A stretch of 64,000 nt of DNA from Takakia lepidozioides (taxonomy: Eukaryota; Plantae; Bryophyta). The stretch covers positions 17,670,001 to 17,734,000 of the forward strand of contig CM060731.1 of assembly GCA_030704615.1 (NCBI GenBank), given 5' to 3'. Shown in pieces: positions 37,570 to 50,100 of this stretch (the first letter of the stretch is position 1; each line of letters begins with the position of its first letter). Below the pieces are notes generated by a model that did not search any database, was not told where the DNA came from, and was given only the letters and a program-made list of their open reading frames with translations. A program made the translations under genes and the position numbers.

Positions 37570-40500
37570 ATGGCTTCCTCTGAAGCGGAGTTCTTCTCTG
37601 ACGACAAACCAGTGCCGTTCTCCCAGGAAGTCCTTGACAATGGATTTGCAATTGTTCTGGAACATGTCTTGGCTACCCGTTTTCAGCTGCAGAATGGCTC
37701 CATCTTTTTGGAGAAAGAGGTGTACGATCTTAAAGGGAAGTTGGTGAAATATTCTTTCCAAAACCGTGATGAGACGGCTCATATCAGCCAGTGGAGAGTG
37801 CGTCCTGGTCGATACAGAGTACTTGGAGAGCCTCGGCGAAAGTCCCTTGGGTCATATGTGACGCCCGGGACTGCTGCTTCGGTCGTTGAAGACAAGAGGG
37901 AGGTGGTGGTGAAAAAAGAACAGACGTCCTCCACTCCAATCGTTGAGCTTTCGGATTCTTCCGATGATGACATAAGTGAAATTCCAAATCCAGTCCTTCC
38001 TACTGTGGTTGGAGAAGCTGATGAAGAAGAGATTTGTAGTGTCATTCCAAAATTGCGGGCGATGGGAGGAATGGCTGGATTCAAAAGTGAGTTGCGGGGA
38101 ATTGATTGGGAATCTTTGAAGCAGGTGCCTGTGAAGTTCTTGCCGGAGACTTTTGATGGCGATATCCTATTCGAGCTGCCTCCTCCTCCGCGAGTTGGAG
38201 GTGTAACAATCATGATGCATGGAATGGACAAGAAACACGACGGGCACCCGTGGTGCAGAACAAAAACATCCAATATTCAGAATGATGACAAGCTTGTTTT
38301 CAGGAGGACAGTTTGCAATGGACACCTTAGGTGTGATAATTTGAATTGCAGACACTTTCTTCAGTCTGGGGTTCATAATCAAAGCGAATGGGAGGGTCTG
38401 GCGGAAAATCCATTTCAGCCTGGGACTGCCCCTCCACCGGCAAACACTTTCGTCTGCAAATTCTGCAAACTTGTGCCATCCTGTTTGGCGCTCTGCGGAG
38501 CAAGAATGTACTATGTTGTCCACCGTTTGAATACAATGACGAGAGCTTGTGTGCATTTTGGATTCCATAACCATCCTGTCTCGAAGGGGATTACAGGGAG
38601 AGTGTTGAGACAGTATCGAGGTTGATCAAACAGGAGTTCGGGAGAAACCCATCCGCAACAACATCTGCAATTGCTCTTGGCGCAAGCAAGTCCTTCTTGG
38701 AAAGCCATATTTTGAGTGAAGGAGATTCTGTGGGGACTAAACTTGACGGTGCAGCATTGGACCTGGTCATGGATCATTTCTCCACTTTAAGTTCACCTAA
38801 CATTCGGCATCAGATCAATGCATTGAGAATGGGCTCTGGGATCAGAGGCTACATAGACAATATTTTGGAATTGAAACGAGTGAGCAAGTACGATTACATC
38901 CAGGACAATGTATTCCCAGGTCAAGGTGCCATCAAAGTTTTTCTTTTCAAAATGTCGACTGTTGGGGAGGGCAGTGGGGTTAGCCTCGTGAAGCGGATGC
39001 AGAAGACTGGGGACTTGCAGAACTGTTTTCTTATGTTTGATCATGTGAAACGAGTGAAGGATTGGACGACAATGGCTTGTCATGTCTACGATCCAGTGTA
39101 CCAACGAGTTATGACAATTGCAGTTTGTGACATGCAATCCGAGGATACGGAATCCCAGAAGCTCATGTGGAATTCCCTGATACGTGTCATGGGCTGTCAT
39201 GGGCTGCCATCTCCAAATTTCGCAGGTTTCATGGCGGATAGTGCTCAAGCAAATTTCAATGCTGTTCGTATTTCTTCGGATCGGGCGACCCAAAAGTGCC
39301 TATGCCAGGAAGAGAGCGTACATGTCTATTCCATTGGACACAATCTCTGGAAAAACATACAAAGTCGGACATCAAACCAGAGATGCAGACTCAGCACCGT
39401 AAATGTGCAAAGAGTACAAAGATGCTAGAACAATGAAGGAGGCGGACACTTTGTTCCAGACAATTCGTGCCTGGTGGTTCTCTTCTGGAGCTGCATCACT
39501 TGAGAGTATGAGAGCATTGGAAGATTGGCTGGCGTTTTGGCACTTCCGGTATAGACAGTGGGGAGCAGCCATGACAATGGTACGAGGCTTCTATTTCATG
39601 CTTTATTCATACATTTGCTTTCCATATTTTTGACTCATTGCTTTCTTTATGTTGTTTCCTGTGCAATGTTCTGAAGTGTGGTTATCCTCTTTGCAGAACA
39701 TGTCCATTGAGGAAATGGCAGACATGCCATCTTGCAATTTGGCAGAAACTGTGCACAACGCATGGTTGCAGCAGTCTGGGAAACGAGGTCGGGATTTGTA
39801 TGTGGCAACAACAGATGATTTGATACGTGCCTTGCAACAACAAACCCGATACCGTGATTTCTTACGAGGTGGGGTTGGTGGCAAGGGTCCGGACAAATGG
39901 GAGTTGATGTTGCGTGCTGCAAACAGATCTGGGGATCCAATCAAGATAGCACGGGCGGTGAGCATGTATGCCCAGGGAACGCCACTTGTTTCTAGAGTTC
40001 CACATCTTGAAAGGGAGGAGAGATTCGGCTCCTGTAAGAGGAAATTGAACACTCCACCTGGTTCGGATTCAGATTCCCACAGGGCAGACCGTGATAACTT
40101 CTCGAAGCCTCGTGTTCCCCTGCATGACAGCTCCATGTCCGGAACCTCCATTGTGGAGGAACCTCCAACACGACGGCAAGCTCCAGCATCAAACAATGCC
40201 ACTGAAATGGTGTAGGAGAGAAACAACCCCCTTGATGTGCTTGAGTCCGCATGCCCCGACCACGTTTGGCACATAGAACGCACAAGTGTAGGGTCTCGTG
40301 TGAAATGTACAGCGATCAGGGCAACTAATTTTGAGAAGTGCACTTCATCTATATCCAGAGGTGGTGCCCGAACTCCTGCTCCGACTTTCACGGGCTTGAT
40401 GCGTCCATACGGTCAACCAGAAGCCAAGAACCACAAGTTCTGGTTCTGCGCAGATGATTGTGCCAGATGTGTGCATGGAACTGTGCGTCCTTCCGTAGTG

Positions 40501-41082
40501 ATGAAGCCAACTCCTCCAACCGTTTGGCCTGTGAAGGTGGGAACACATCTCAGCTTTCAGGAGATTGAAATGCTGGAGGAGGCAGGTTTTTCCCTTGCGA
40601 GACAACCCCAACTCCATGCATGTGCTACTACTTCTGCGTCCTCCCGGGTCCCCCCGGCAAATCCTGACTTGTGGCCAACCAAACGAGATGGAAAGCTCGT
40701 TCGGCGTTTCCCTCCAACCGCTGAACACTTTGGCAAAGTGGAGTCCGCAAGAATGCTCCAAGCTCGTGTTGGAAGCACCACGGAAGTACCCGATCCAGGA
40801 TATGGTCGGGTATTCACAATCATCACTTCCACATCTGCTGTTCATGACAGGACCTACGACATCACGGTTTCCAATTTCCCCAATTGCACATGTCCTGATT
40901 TTGTGAATATGCTATCAACCAGTTTGGGCAAGAGAGGTAAATTCATACCCTGCAAACATTTGTATTTCATATTTTTGAGGAGGATGGTTTGCGATCCCAA
41001 ACGTGACAACTTCATTCACTAGGCCACTATGAGTTTCAACGAGGTCGATACTCTTTTGCAGCGGGATACAACACATGGGTAG
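37570..41082 (+). pseudogene. MULE-type DDE transposase with GCM/WRKY-like N-terminal Zn domain and C-terminal SWIM finger; intron 39580-39696; several frameshifts and two TAG stops
   Basis: C..C...HFGFHNHP; MFDHVKR, FMADSAQANFNAV, CLFHW, NLAETVH; NCTCPDF..IPCKHLYFIF (SWIM). Confidence 0.8.
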
Positions 41083-41702
41083 CATGAACTATGTAATGTG
41101 GTATGTGGATGACCATGATTTGAAATGTGTAATTCACATCAATTCGTCGGCTGTGCAATGATATGGCCTCCAACTATACGGAGTCAGCTCTGAGTGACAA
41201 CTTTTAGGTAGTGCACATTTGTCATTGCACCGTTCGAAGTCTACATGTCTTGCTGTCGCTATGCACTACAAGCATCTTTTGAAGATGATCCTAACTCTCA
41301 TTGTTATTTGAGGAGGGAGGAAGGTCTTCCCGTGGCAGCCTTTATGGCGCACACTTTGTGAGGATATTTTGTCGTCCTCGTAATTGTAAAAGTGAAACAA
41401 GCATTTGTAATTGCACACTGCTGGATGCTGCAATTGTAGGCCTCAATGCTCGTCTTGATTCTATTTAGGCAAGATTCCCTGCATTAATTCCACGGTCATA
41501 GGACCATCCATGGTTATAGGCGGCGCATGTTAATGGTGACGTGGCAGATGACGGACAGTGCCATGTCATCATTTACCGCCACATCAGCATGCTGACATGA
41601 CGCTCACGCCACCTCAGCATGTGTGCAGGCTCACGCCACGTCACTCCTGCGTGAGCGTACGCTCGCGTGCTCACGCGCAACGCTCACGCCATTGCGTCGT
41701 TG

Positions 41703-42499
41703 CTACGACGGACGGCCAAACGGAAAGGGTGAATTCCGTGGTGAAGCAGATCTTGCGGAATTATGTGTCGGCAGACCAATCGGACTGGGTAGAGCACTTG
41801 GATGCGGCAGAGTTCTGTTATAATAACACAAAACACTCCGCAACGGGAGTTTCCTCTTTCGTATTGGTCTATGGAAAAACACCTCTGGTGCCGACAAATT
41901 GGGCCGCCCAAGACGTTGAGGAATCGGCAGTAGTAGCGGTGCTGGAAGAACGCAAGCGTTTGTTGAAGCTCGCAAAGTACAACATTGCCAAAACTAGGAA
42001 ACGGTATGAACGACAGGCGAATCAGAAGCGGAGGGAAGTTAAGTTTGAGGCAGGCACGGAGGTCTGGTTGAACATCAAGAATTTCCGACTACCTCCGGAA
42101 GTGAGTCCGAAGTTCATACCTCCGTATGCGGGACCCTTTCGCATCCAGAAGGTTATGAATGAGGATGTGTATGAATTGGAGCTGCCGGCAAACAGCAAGG
42201 TGCATCCGGTATTCCACGTCTCTCTTTTGAAGCCTTACTTCAAAGATGAAGCACATCCGAATTGGCATCAAGTGTTGCGTCCGCCACCTGAGCTGTTGGA
42301 TCATGAAAATGAACCTGAGTACGAGGTGGAGGCAGTGCTTAAGTCGAGGAGGTTCAATAATCGAGAAACGGAGTATCTCGTGAAATGGAAGGGCTATCAT
42401 CATGTGGAGGCATCTTGGGTGCGTGCCTCAGAAATGGGAAACGCATCTAAGGTGGTTGCAGCTTTCAAAGGGCGACCTCAAAAGCGAAAGAAGCGTTGA
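41703..42499 (+). pseudogene. Integrase C-terminal part with GPF motif and chromodomain
   Basis: TDGQTERVN, YAGPFRI, VHPVFHVSLLKPY, EYEVEAVL..YLVKWKGY..SW. Confidence 0.95.
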
Positions 42500-43391
42500 T
42501 GGGGACATCAACGTTGGATCGTGGGGGAGGAAATGCATGCTTAGCCCGGCTTAGCTAGCTCAGGAATCCGATTGCAAAAACTTGTGTTGTACAAATTTTG
42601 GCATAAATGAAATGGTTTCCAAATGTTGTGCATCCTATTTTGTTTGGAATAGTGATGCATGGTATGGTTGGCTAGTGTGTAGAATGCATGCTAGCTTGCA
42701 AAAGTGGGAGAGGTAAATTGGATTAATCGTGTGTTAACGTAGTGCCAAAATCGGGTGACTCCCATCCAAGGGGCAAGGAAACTTGCGCCTTCTTTGGGAA
42801 TTCACGTGCTAGTGAGCACCTGGTGCGTGCGCATACTATAACTGCGCTACCGGGGGGGTTGCCTTGTAGTGCGGGCTAACGCGGAAGCTATGTGCTTCTG
42901 TTCACGTACTATAATCGTGTAGCCTCGGGACGAAGTCGTAGTGCGGCTTCGGCGTGTTCCCGTACCTCAGGCCAACATTCCAAGGCGGACCCAATTGCAT
43001 GGTTGGTTCAAGGTTATCATCCTAGTCAAAAAAAGGTTCAAGGTGAACCCTTGCTCAAGGTGATGCCAAAAGCGGCATCATGAGCGGTCGCAAGCAATGT
43101 TGTTGCAGTAAGGTGATTTGATCCTCGTGGAGGATCGTTCCTTGGCATTGAAGTAGGCCAAGAAGAGTGCACTAAGAGGAGCTTGAGAGGCTTCATCCTT
43201 GGCCGGGGCTTAGAGGAAGTCGGCCGAACTAGCTAGTGGAGAGTAGAGTCAAGTGTGGGGTTTGGTTCTTTGCCATGGGACGCCATGGTGCGGAAATAAA
43301 CTCCTTGATGTGGGACGCCACAACTTGGATGTTTGTTTCTGCAAAATGGACAAATCGATGAGGACATCGACTCCCTGTTGGAAGGGGTCTG

Positions 43392-44050
43392 TGTCGCGGC
43401 CCTTTGCCTTGAGGGCAGGGGGTCGGGACACAAGAAGGGTTGCCCCTGTGGTGGGGGCAGTAGCAACAATAGATGCGGGGGCTGAAGCACCCTTGAGTGC
43501 CCAAGGCACTCAAGTAGGCGGAGGCGCTCAATAGGTGGAGCCCCGTACACCGGGTTACGGTGGGGGTGGTTCCACGAAGGGTGGTGGTAGCTTAGTGGAT
43601 CTTAGTGGGGGTGGCATAAGACTCACCATGGGGCGGAGACCTTGTGGTGGGAGTCGTGGGGAGTCTTGGGACTCATCACGGTCCAATGGGGCCGTGGTGG
43701 ATGGGCCAAGACTCACCGCGACTCATCACCAGGAATCGAGGGTTTTCGTGGTGAGTAGTAATCCTGAGAACGGTGCAAGCCCGTTGGTGACCAAAAACTA
43801 GTGAATGAACGAGCGAGCCGGAAAGCGACCAATGAGTGGGGAGCTATTCCGGACTGCCATCTACCAAAGGGAATTTCCACTAGGCCCAAATTGGTGGAGG
43901 GTCTTTTGGAGGAGCAAAGGGAGACCGTTATGTCCCGGTGAGCAGTCGAAGCTCCGAGTTGGCCCGGGCGGCCACTTTGGGCGTTAGGCGCGCGCATCAA
44001 GTGAGTAACTATGACTTGAAGGGGAGCTCACCGAAGTGAGGTGCGCGACA
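43392..44050 (+). repeat. 3' LTR (659 bp)
   Basis: Direct repeat of the 5' LTR preceded by purine-rich GGAAGGGG; lacks a ~70-bp segment containing the TATA-like motif. Confidence 0.95.
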
Positions 44051-44188
44051 ACAGGTGCCAGGGTCGAGCATATGCAATGTAGTATTTACAATGAGACTTT
44101 ATTTATTACATGCACGATCAAAATTGAGTTATGTCTTCATAAAAGAACCATTGTACAGCCACAAATCTCATATCTACGAGACTATGGT

Positions 44189-45569
44189 CTACTTCGTCCT
44201 ATATACGTCTTTCGGCTCAGGCCAATTGAATGGCTTGCCTATGAACCGAAATACTACATGGGCTAATGTGACTCTCTCATTCTTGTTGTTGGCTATCTTC
44301 CCAACGGAAAGGCCTCCGACGTCATGTCCTTGGGGGGGGGGGGGGGGGGGCGGCGGGCGTGGCATTCGCATTGAAAACCGATGCAATATCTTTTTCCACC
44401 CACCATCTTTTCGCGAGTTCTCGGTCCAGCTTGTCTTGGTTTTCAAACTGGTACGGCGAGGCTTTGTGTATGCCCAATGGGGTGGCTAAGCCCCAATCAC
44501 ACACCCCAATCTTGATCTCCTCAGTGCCATCTGGAAAATGCAACAAGATGTTGTTGGGGGACAAGTCGTTGTGCAGGACACCGTTCTTGTGGACAACATC
44601 CATGATGCACACCAGTGCCCATGCAAGTTTACTGCGCACTTTCCGGAAATGAAGCAAGCGATCGCATTCCTGGAACTCTGCTTCCGTTCCCATTTGTTCC
44701 AAAATCATCATGTTGTCCGAATCGTTGCCCCATTTTTTGGCAAGGTTCATCATGTCGCGTATTGTCCCCTCAATCCACCAGCGAGTATAACCCTCTACCT
44801 CACGTGCATTCACAGCAAAATATGAGATAACACCCGGATGCTGGAACTTCATTGTCAAACACTCGTCATTATGTTGTCTCAACGCCTTTTCTGGATTTTT
44901 GGACTTGGGGTTTTTTTCTCGCTAGCTCCCAACGCTCCGGTATTCTAGAATCGCCAACAATCCTATGCTGACGGACCTTAGCATACCCTCCTTCTTTGTA
45001 AGGGCCAATCTCTACCACCTTCGCAGTAGAGTTCAGGTAATAAAACCAGTTGTGCCTCCCCTGCCGGATGACCCCGCCTTCCAAGGGACAACCCTAGTCC
45101 GGCGATGTGAATTCTGACTTGCCGAGCAAGCCCAATACTCAACACGCCGCATTAACTCAGCTTCGGCGGAGGGCACTCGACCCTCGGTTGCTCTACCCTT
45201 CTATGTCTTCATTAGCTGCCTCAAATTCCACGTGGCATCTTTCGCCTTGCTTTGGATCCACCGATTGAACTTCGGTTTGTCCCTGTCCGCCGTCCACTCA
45301 GCCCCCGCCAAAGCGTTTGTCATTTTCTTCTTCACATTTTGCTGGAAAATCTGAAACCCCTCCCATCCATGCCCGACATAAGCACTCTCCAGCCTCATCA
45401 TGTCCATACCTTTGAAATAATCCACTACCACTTCTTTCACCCTATCCAAGGCATCCGGTCTCGGGTAGTCTGGCTTGTTGACCTGGCTATCCCGCTCGTG
45501 GGCACGTTTTCTCTTCCTCCGACTCCCAGACGACCCCGCCCCAGAACTTGAATTCACAACCCCCGACAT
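44189..45569 (-). pseudogene. Apparently intronless non-RD protein kinase with N-terminal extension, disrupted by a stop and frameshifts; cargo of the hAT-like element
   Basis: KEGGYAKV (Gly loop), LARK, HPGVI, VLHNDLSPNNILL (catalytic loop), VCDWGLA. Confidence 0.8.
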
Positions 45570-46039
45570 TGTATAAACCTTTGCCCACTACAGGGTCCAA
45601 AACCTCAGAAAACGGCAATGAATGCGTGTGGATGGTGTCTTCGTAGTTTTCTGCAAAACAACATGCCGTCGGAGATCTGAAAACGACAAAATGGTGATAC
45701 GATGATTGAACCGTGAACAAGTGTGTGGGACTGACCAACACAAAACCGACAAAATATAGGCGCCCACCTCCCCGCCCCCCCAAAAAAAATAATGGCATTA
45801 TGCTAGAAAAGACGCGACAGGCCAGTGGCGCCTCGCCACGTGTCAGCGCGGCGCAACTGGCCAATCGCACATCGCCACGCGCACTCACATGGGAGAGGTC
45901 AAGGGTTCAAAACCTCCTCCCCCCATCCTATTTGTTTCGTTTTTCCTTACCCGTGGCAGCCCGGCGCCGCTTCATGATTAAAAAATTAAAAACAAAACGC
46001 CACACAGCGGGTCCCTGGATTTCAAAGAAAAAAAAAAAC

Positions 46040-46690
46040 ACGCAACCGCCGCATGGCGGTCGCTATATTTATAAAAACAAGAACAACGACCGCCTCATGG
46101 CGGTCGCTTAATTTGGCGATTCAGAATATAAATAAGCGACCGCCTCTAAATGGTCAGCGGTCGCTTCATTTTAAAAATATATATTAAGTAAGCGACCGCC
46201 AAACAGCGGTCGCTTAATTTAAGAATCAAAATCAAATCGAGCGACCACCTCCAAATGGCGGTCGCTGTATTCTTTATTAACAAAAATAGCGACGGCCGCC
46301 AAATGGCGGTCGCTGCATTTTTCAAAAATTAACTGAAGAAACGACCGCTAAACGGCGGTCGTTTTATTTAAGAATAAAAATAAAAATAAGCGACCGCTGC
46401 TAAATGGCGGTCGCTAAATTTAAAAAATATCTATAGCGACCGCCACATGGCGGTCGCTGTATTTTTACAGAATATATCAAAGATATAATAATAATAATAT
46501 AATAAAGTGCGAGCGACCACCAATCTAGGCGGTCGCTTCATTTAAAACATAATAAACTTCAATCGACCGCCAATATAGGCGGTCGTTTATTTTAAAATAT
46601 AATAAAATACAAGCGACCGCCAATATGGGCGGTCGCTTTTATTTAAAATAATAATAAATTATATGCGACCGCCAATATAGGCGAACATAT
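46040..46690. repeat. Right subterminal array of GCGACCGCC..GGCGGTCGC palindromes
   Basis: About 12-13 copies at ~55-60-bp spacing. Confidence 0.9.
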
Positions 46691-47132
46691 TTTTTTAAAT
46701 AATTAATAAATTTTAATTATTGGCCACGTCTGTTTCACACCGTGGCTGCCATGTCATTACAAATGGTAGAAGTAAATCGTAAAAGTCAAATGTAAAAAAA
46801 ATTACATGGGTAAACGTCCAGATTCGACGTGACGTGACACACGTCGGACGTGACAGCGCCACGTCACGTCAGGAATGATAACTAGGCTTCAAGCTCCAAT
46901 TCCCCCATTCCTCCCTGACGTACCGCCGCTCGGGGCTGCTTCAGTCAGGTAAGGTGTGACGCACAGTTATTGCGCCGACCTTTTCTAATGTTTGGCAAGC
47001 TCGGGTATCAGCTGGGTAAGGTCCCGAAGGAACGACGTTGGTATAAGTTGTCTTCGTAAACCCCCTCTGTTGTTATTCCTTTCCTCCCCGATTCTCGCTG
47101 CTTTCTTTCTTCGTTGTGCTTGTTGTTTTGAG

Positions 47133-50100
47133 ATGGCACCCAAAAGAGAACTGATGGTGAAGGGGGGACGTGGGGGCTCGGCTTCTGGGGGGAGAGGGAA
47201 GTTCCAAACTTGGGCTTCCAAAAGGACAGCAGGGGCTGAAGGCTCAGTTGCATCCATCTTGGGTAGAGGTCCGAGCCCTAAGGTCCCTCAGCCCTCTCCT
47301 GCCTCCTCAGAAATTGTCCTATGGATTGATTCAGCTGCACCTGAGCTCAGCTTGCAACCCATTTTGGCCTTGAATCGGGATAAACTAGTTGCGCAGTCTC
47401 AAAAATTTGCTCAGCAAGGAATTCTTCTTTACTTCCCAGGCAAGCCTAGAAACAAAGTCTCGGTAAGGCGATGGGTTGCTGAGCACCTAGGATCAGAAGG
47501 TGGTTTAGCCCATCATTTCTGTCTCTGCATGGGTAGGGGCTTTTATGCCATTCTCTTTAGTTCTCAGGAGGATGCTGACAAAGCTGTGAAGTTTAACACG
47601 GCGAATTCTAACTGCTTGGTGCATTTGTTCCCGTGGGCGCAAGACTGGGGTCACAAGGAGGGGATCACTTGGAAGCCCAGGGTCATTGCCATTCCATTCT
47701 TGCCTGACACTTACCTCTCTTCTCTCCCAAAGATTGGAGCGAGCTTTGGAACCTATATTGGCTCAATCAATGTATACGAGCCTGTTGCAGATGGCATCAT
47801 GAGTGTAGATTATGTCTCTTTGCAACATGATTACAGCAGGGATGGAGGAGTCCCCAAAATAGTCGTGCTTATGCCTGAATCTGCTACCATCGGCGCTTCT
47901 ATCAAGTTGCCGATGTTGGACAATTCCTACATTGTAGTTGCTATAAAAGAGGAAATTCTAGCTATCATATGCTACTACTGCAACGGCGAGGGCCACATGA
48001 AAGCAGCCTGCCCACTATTGCGCAATAAGAGAGCCCCCCCTCGTTGAAGCAGGCTCTAACTCTTCCAAGCCACAGGAGAGCTCTCAAGCTCAAGCTCCCG
48101 GCCCGTTAAAAGCTATTGAGAACTCACCCATAGCTCCTGCTCTGGCTTTGGTGTCAGCCCCCGTTGCGCGCTCCCCCAGCCCTGTTCTGAACGCGACTAC
48201 TTCAAGGAAAAGAAGGAGAGTGCAGGCCTCGAACGGCTCATCGCCAAGCAAAGTAGCTGCATGGCAACTTGCACGCTTCCCTCAGGCCTGGGCCTTGTTC
48301 CCTTTCTCTGAATTTGAACTGCAGAAGCTATGTGCCACCAGTCTCGCAGTTTCAATTCTTGAGCTGCACTCCTTCCCGGGTGTTCCTTTGGTGGGATGGT
48401 CTCCGGGTTTTGGTTTCTCAAGGGAGAAGGCTGCGATTTGCATTATGCCGCTCATCTATTCCATCTCCAATGATATCACGAGCTAGCTGCTCACGGACAA
48501 CCTGGAAGGCTTCTATTCAACGTAGCCTCCTTTTGGAATCCAACAGTGGTTGATTCTAGAGGTGGTACAGCAACTTGGGTCTCACCTTCGTTGTCTTATT
48601 TCATTCTCTCTTCTGAAATTTGGGTTCAGGGCAGAATGCAATGTTTGTTCTTTTCTCTTCCTGGATCTCTTGGTAAAGTAGGCCTGGTCAACATTTATGC
48701 TTCCAATCAGTTGGGGGAAAGAATTGATGTGTGGGATCTACTTTGTTGTAAAATATGTTCCAGGCGTGAGATTGAGCATTGGATTGTTGGGGGGGACTTT
48801 AATATGGTTGAATCGAGTATGGATAGATTGGGGAGTCAGAATTCTGGTATGCTGGAAAGTGAGAGAGACGCCTGGGAATCTGTTTGTCTGGCGGCGGGAC
48901 TTTGGGATGCTTCCTCTCCTACAGTGGAGGAGCTTCTCTATACCTGGTCTAACAACAGAGACAATTATTGTACTATAAAATATGTTATGGCTTCGCGTGG
49001 CTCCGCAGTCCTAGTCATGATGTCTTTGGTGAACAATTTCCAAGAGAATGTGATGGATTCAGAGTTCAATTTGGTGGTCATTTTCACAATAAAGCTCTAT
49101 GTTACTTTGCTCTGAATCCCTCTAGCAATGAATGGAACTTTGTTTGGTTCGTGGACTTCCTATAACTGGTCTTTTTTGAGTCGGTGGTCATGGTGGAACT
49201 GTTCTAACGCCCTTTCAAAAACTACATGCGCAAATGTGAAGATAAGAAGACGAGAGAGGTGGCGAAACAGACCTCATAGACAACCATAAAAAATGACATG
49301 TTCTCGCACAAGATGCTGTAATTGCAGCGGAGAACTCAAAGAGCCTATCTAACAAGAGAAAACAAGAATTTGACGAAGATCTGACTGGGCACCTTCAACG
49401 TGAGTAGTTCCGAGCACGAGAAGGGTAGCCTACGTGACTGTTCGTGAAGTTGCACATTGTTTTTGTTTTTGAGGTCTATTTTTCAATAACTTTTTTATAT
49501 GTGTCTTCTCATCCAAAGAACGACAAATAGATATTTTCATTTATTTATGCTCATTGGGCCATTGTTTTATATTCCATCCTCGTCATTTCATCCCCTCCGT
49601 GACTTTGCCAAGAGCCTTCCACTTTCAAAAGGGAAGAGGCCAAGCTTGAGTTGCTCCGCAATGTCCCATGTCTTCTGTCCCCTCAAGATAAAATCAGTCT
49701 TGCAGCCCCCTTCACTGAGGAAGAATTGGGAAAGGCGGCGGAAGCTTCGGCCTCCCTCAAAGCTTCAGTTTTGGATGGTATCCCCGTGGAATTTTTTAAA
49801 GCTTTGGAAGGAACTCTGGCGCAATATGGAAGATTGCGCATCGTATCCTCCCAGTCAAGGTGTTTATGGGAACTGATAATGTGGATTGTGACATGTGCTC
49901 AGGAAATCAGGAAACCCTGGAACACTGCCTGGTGGCTTGTCCTTTGGCAAAGAGAGCCTAGTCCCTAGTCATCCGTTTCTATTCGAATTGGGAATCTCTT
50001 CCTTCTCCTACCCCTCCCCCCCTCTTTCTTCTTAATTATGGGCAGGGTGGGAGTATGCTTAAATGCCCAGTGTGGCAGTGTGGGGTTGTTTGCGTGCTCA

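Larger units (their letters stand above)
30212..41702. mobile_element. Mutator-like (MULE) DNA transposon, 11.5 kb, with two divergent genes
   Basis: 9-bp TSD CTAGGACGG / CTACGACGG (30203-30211, 41703-41711); ~55-bp imperfect GCGTGAGC-rich TIRs; removal restores in-frame integrase MSTAFRSRTDGQTERVN. Confidence 0.9.
25681..44050 (+). mobile_element. Ty3/gypsy chromovirus LTR retrotransposon, full length and decayed, interrupted by a MULE
   Basis: LTRs TGTCGCG..CGCGACA; near-TSD ACAGA/ACAGG; tRNA-iMet PBS; domain order gag-PR-RT-RH-IN-chromodomain. Confidence 0.95.
18738..46886. mobile_element. hAT-like DNA transposon (~9.8 kb without nested insertions) carrying kinase and hairpin cargo
   Basis: Exact 8-bp TSD CTTCAAGC at 18730-18737 and 46887-46894; TIRs CCCGGTTATCA / TGATAACTAGG; matching subterminal repeat arrays; hAT transposase fragment inside. 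Confidence 0.85.

Noticed and set aside
39603-40391. 262-aa minus-strand ORF and similar long antisense ORFs over GTE, pol and TM9SF
   Set aside because: Shadows of coding sequence on the opposite strand with no recognisable motifs
41558-41702. N-terminus of the 313-aa ORF
   Set aside because: It is MULE TIR sequence read fortuitously in frame with the split integrase
42534-43391. Start of the 3' LTR directly after pol
   Set aside because: No similarity to the 5' LTR; the real LTR begins at 43392
46040-46690. CRISPR-like regularly spaced palindromes
   Set aside because: Spacers are low-complexity AT runs and the array mirrors the left end of a TIR element, so these are subterminal repeats
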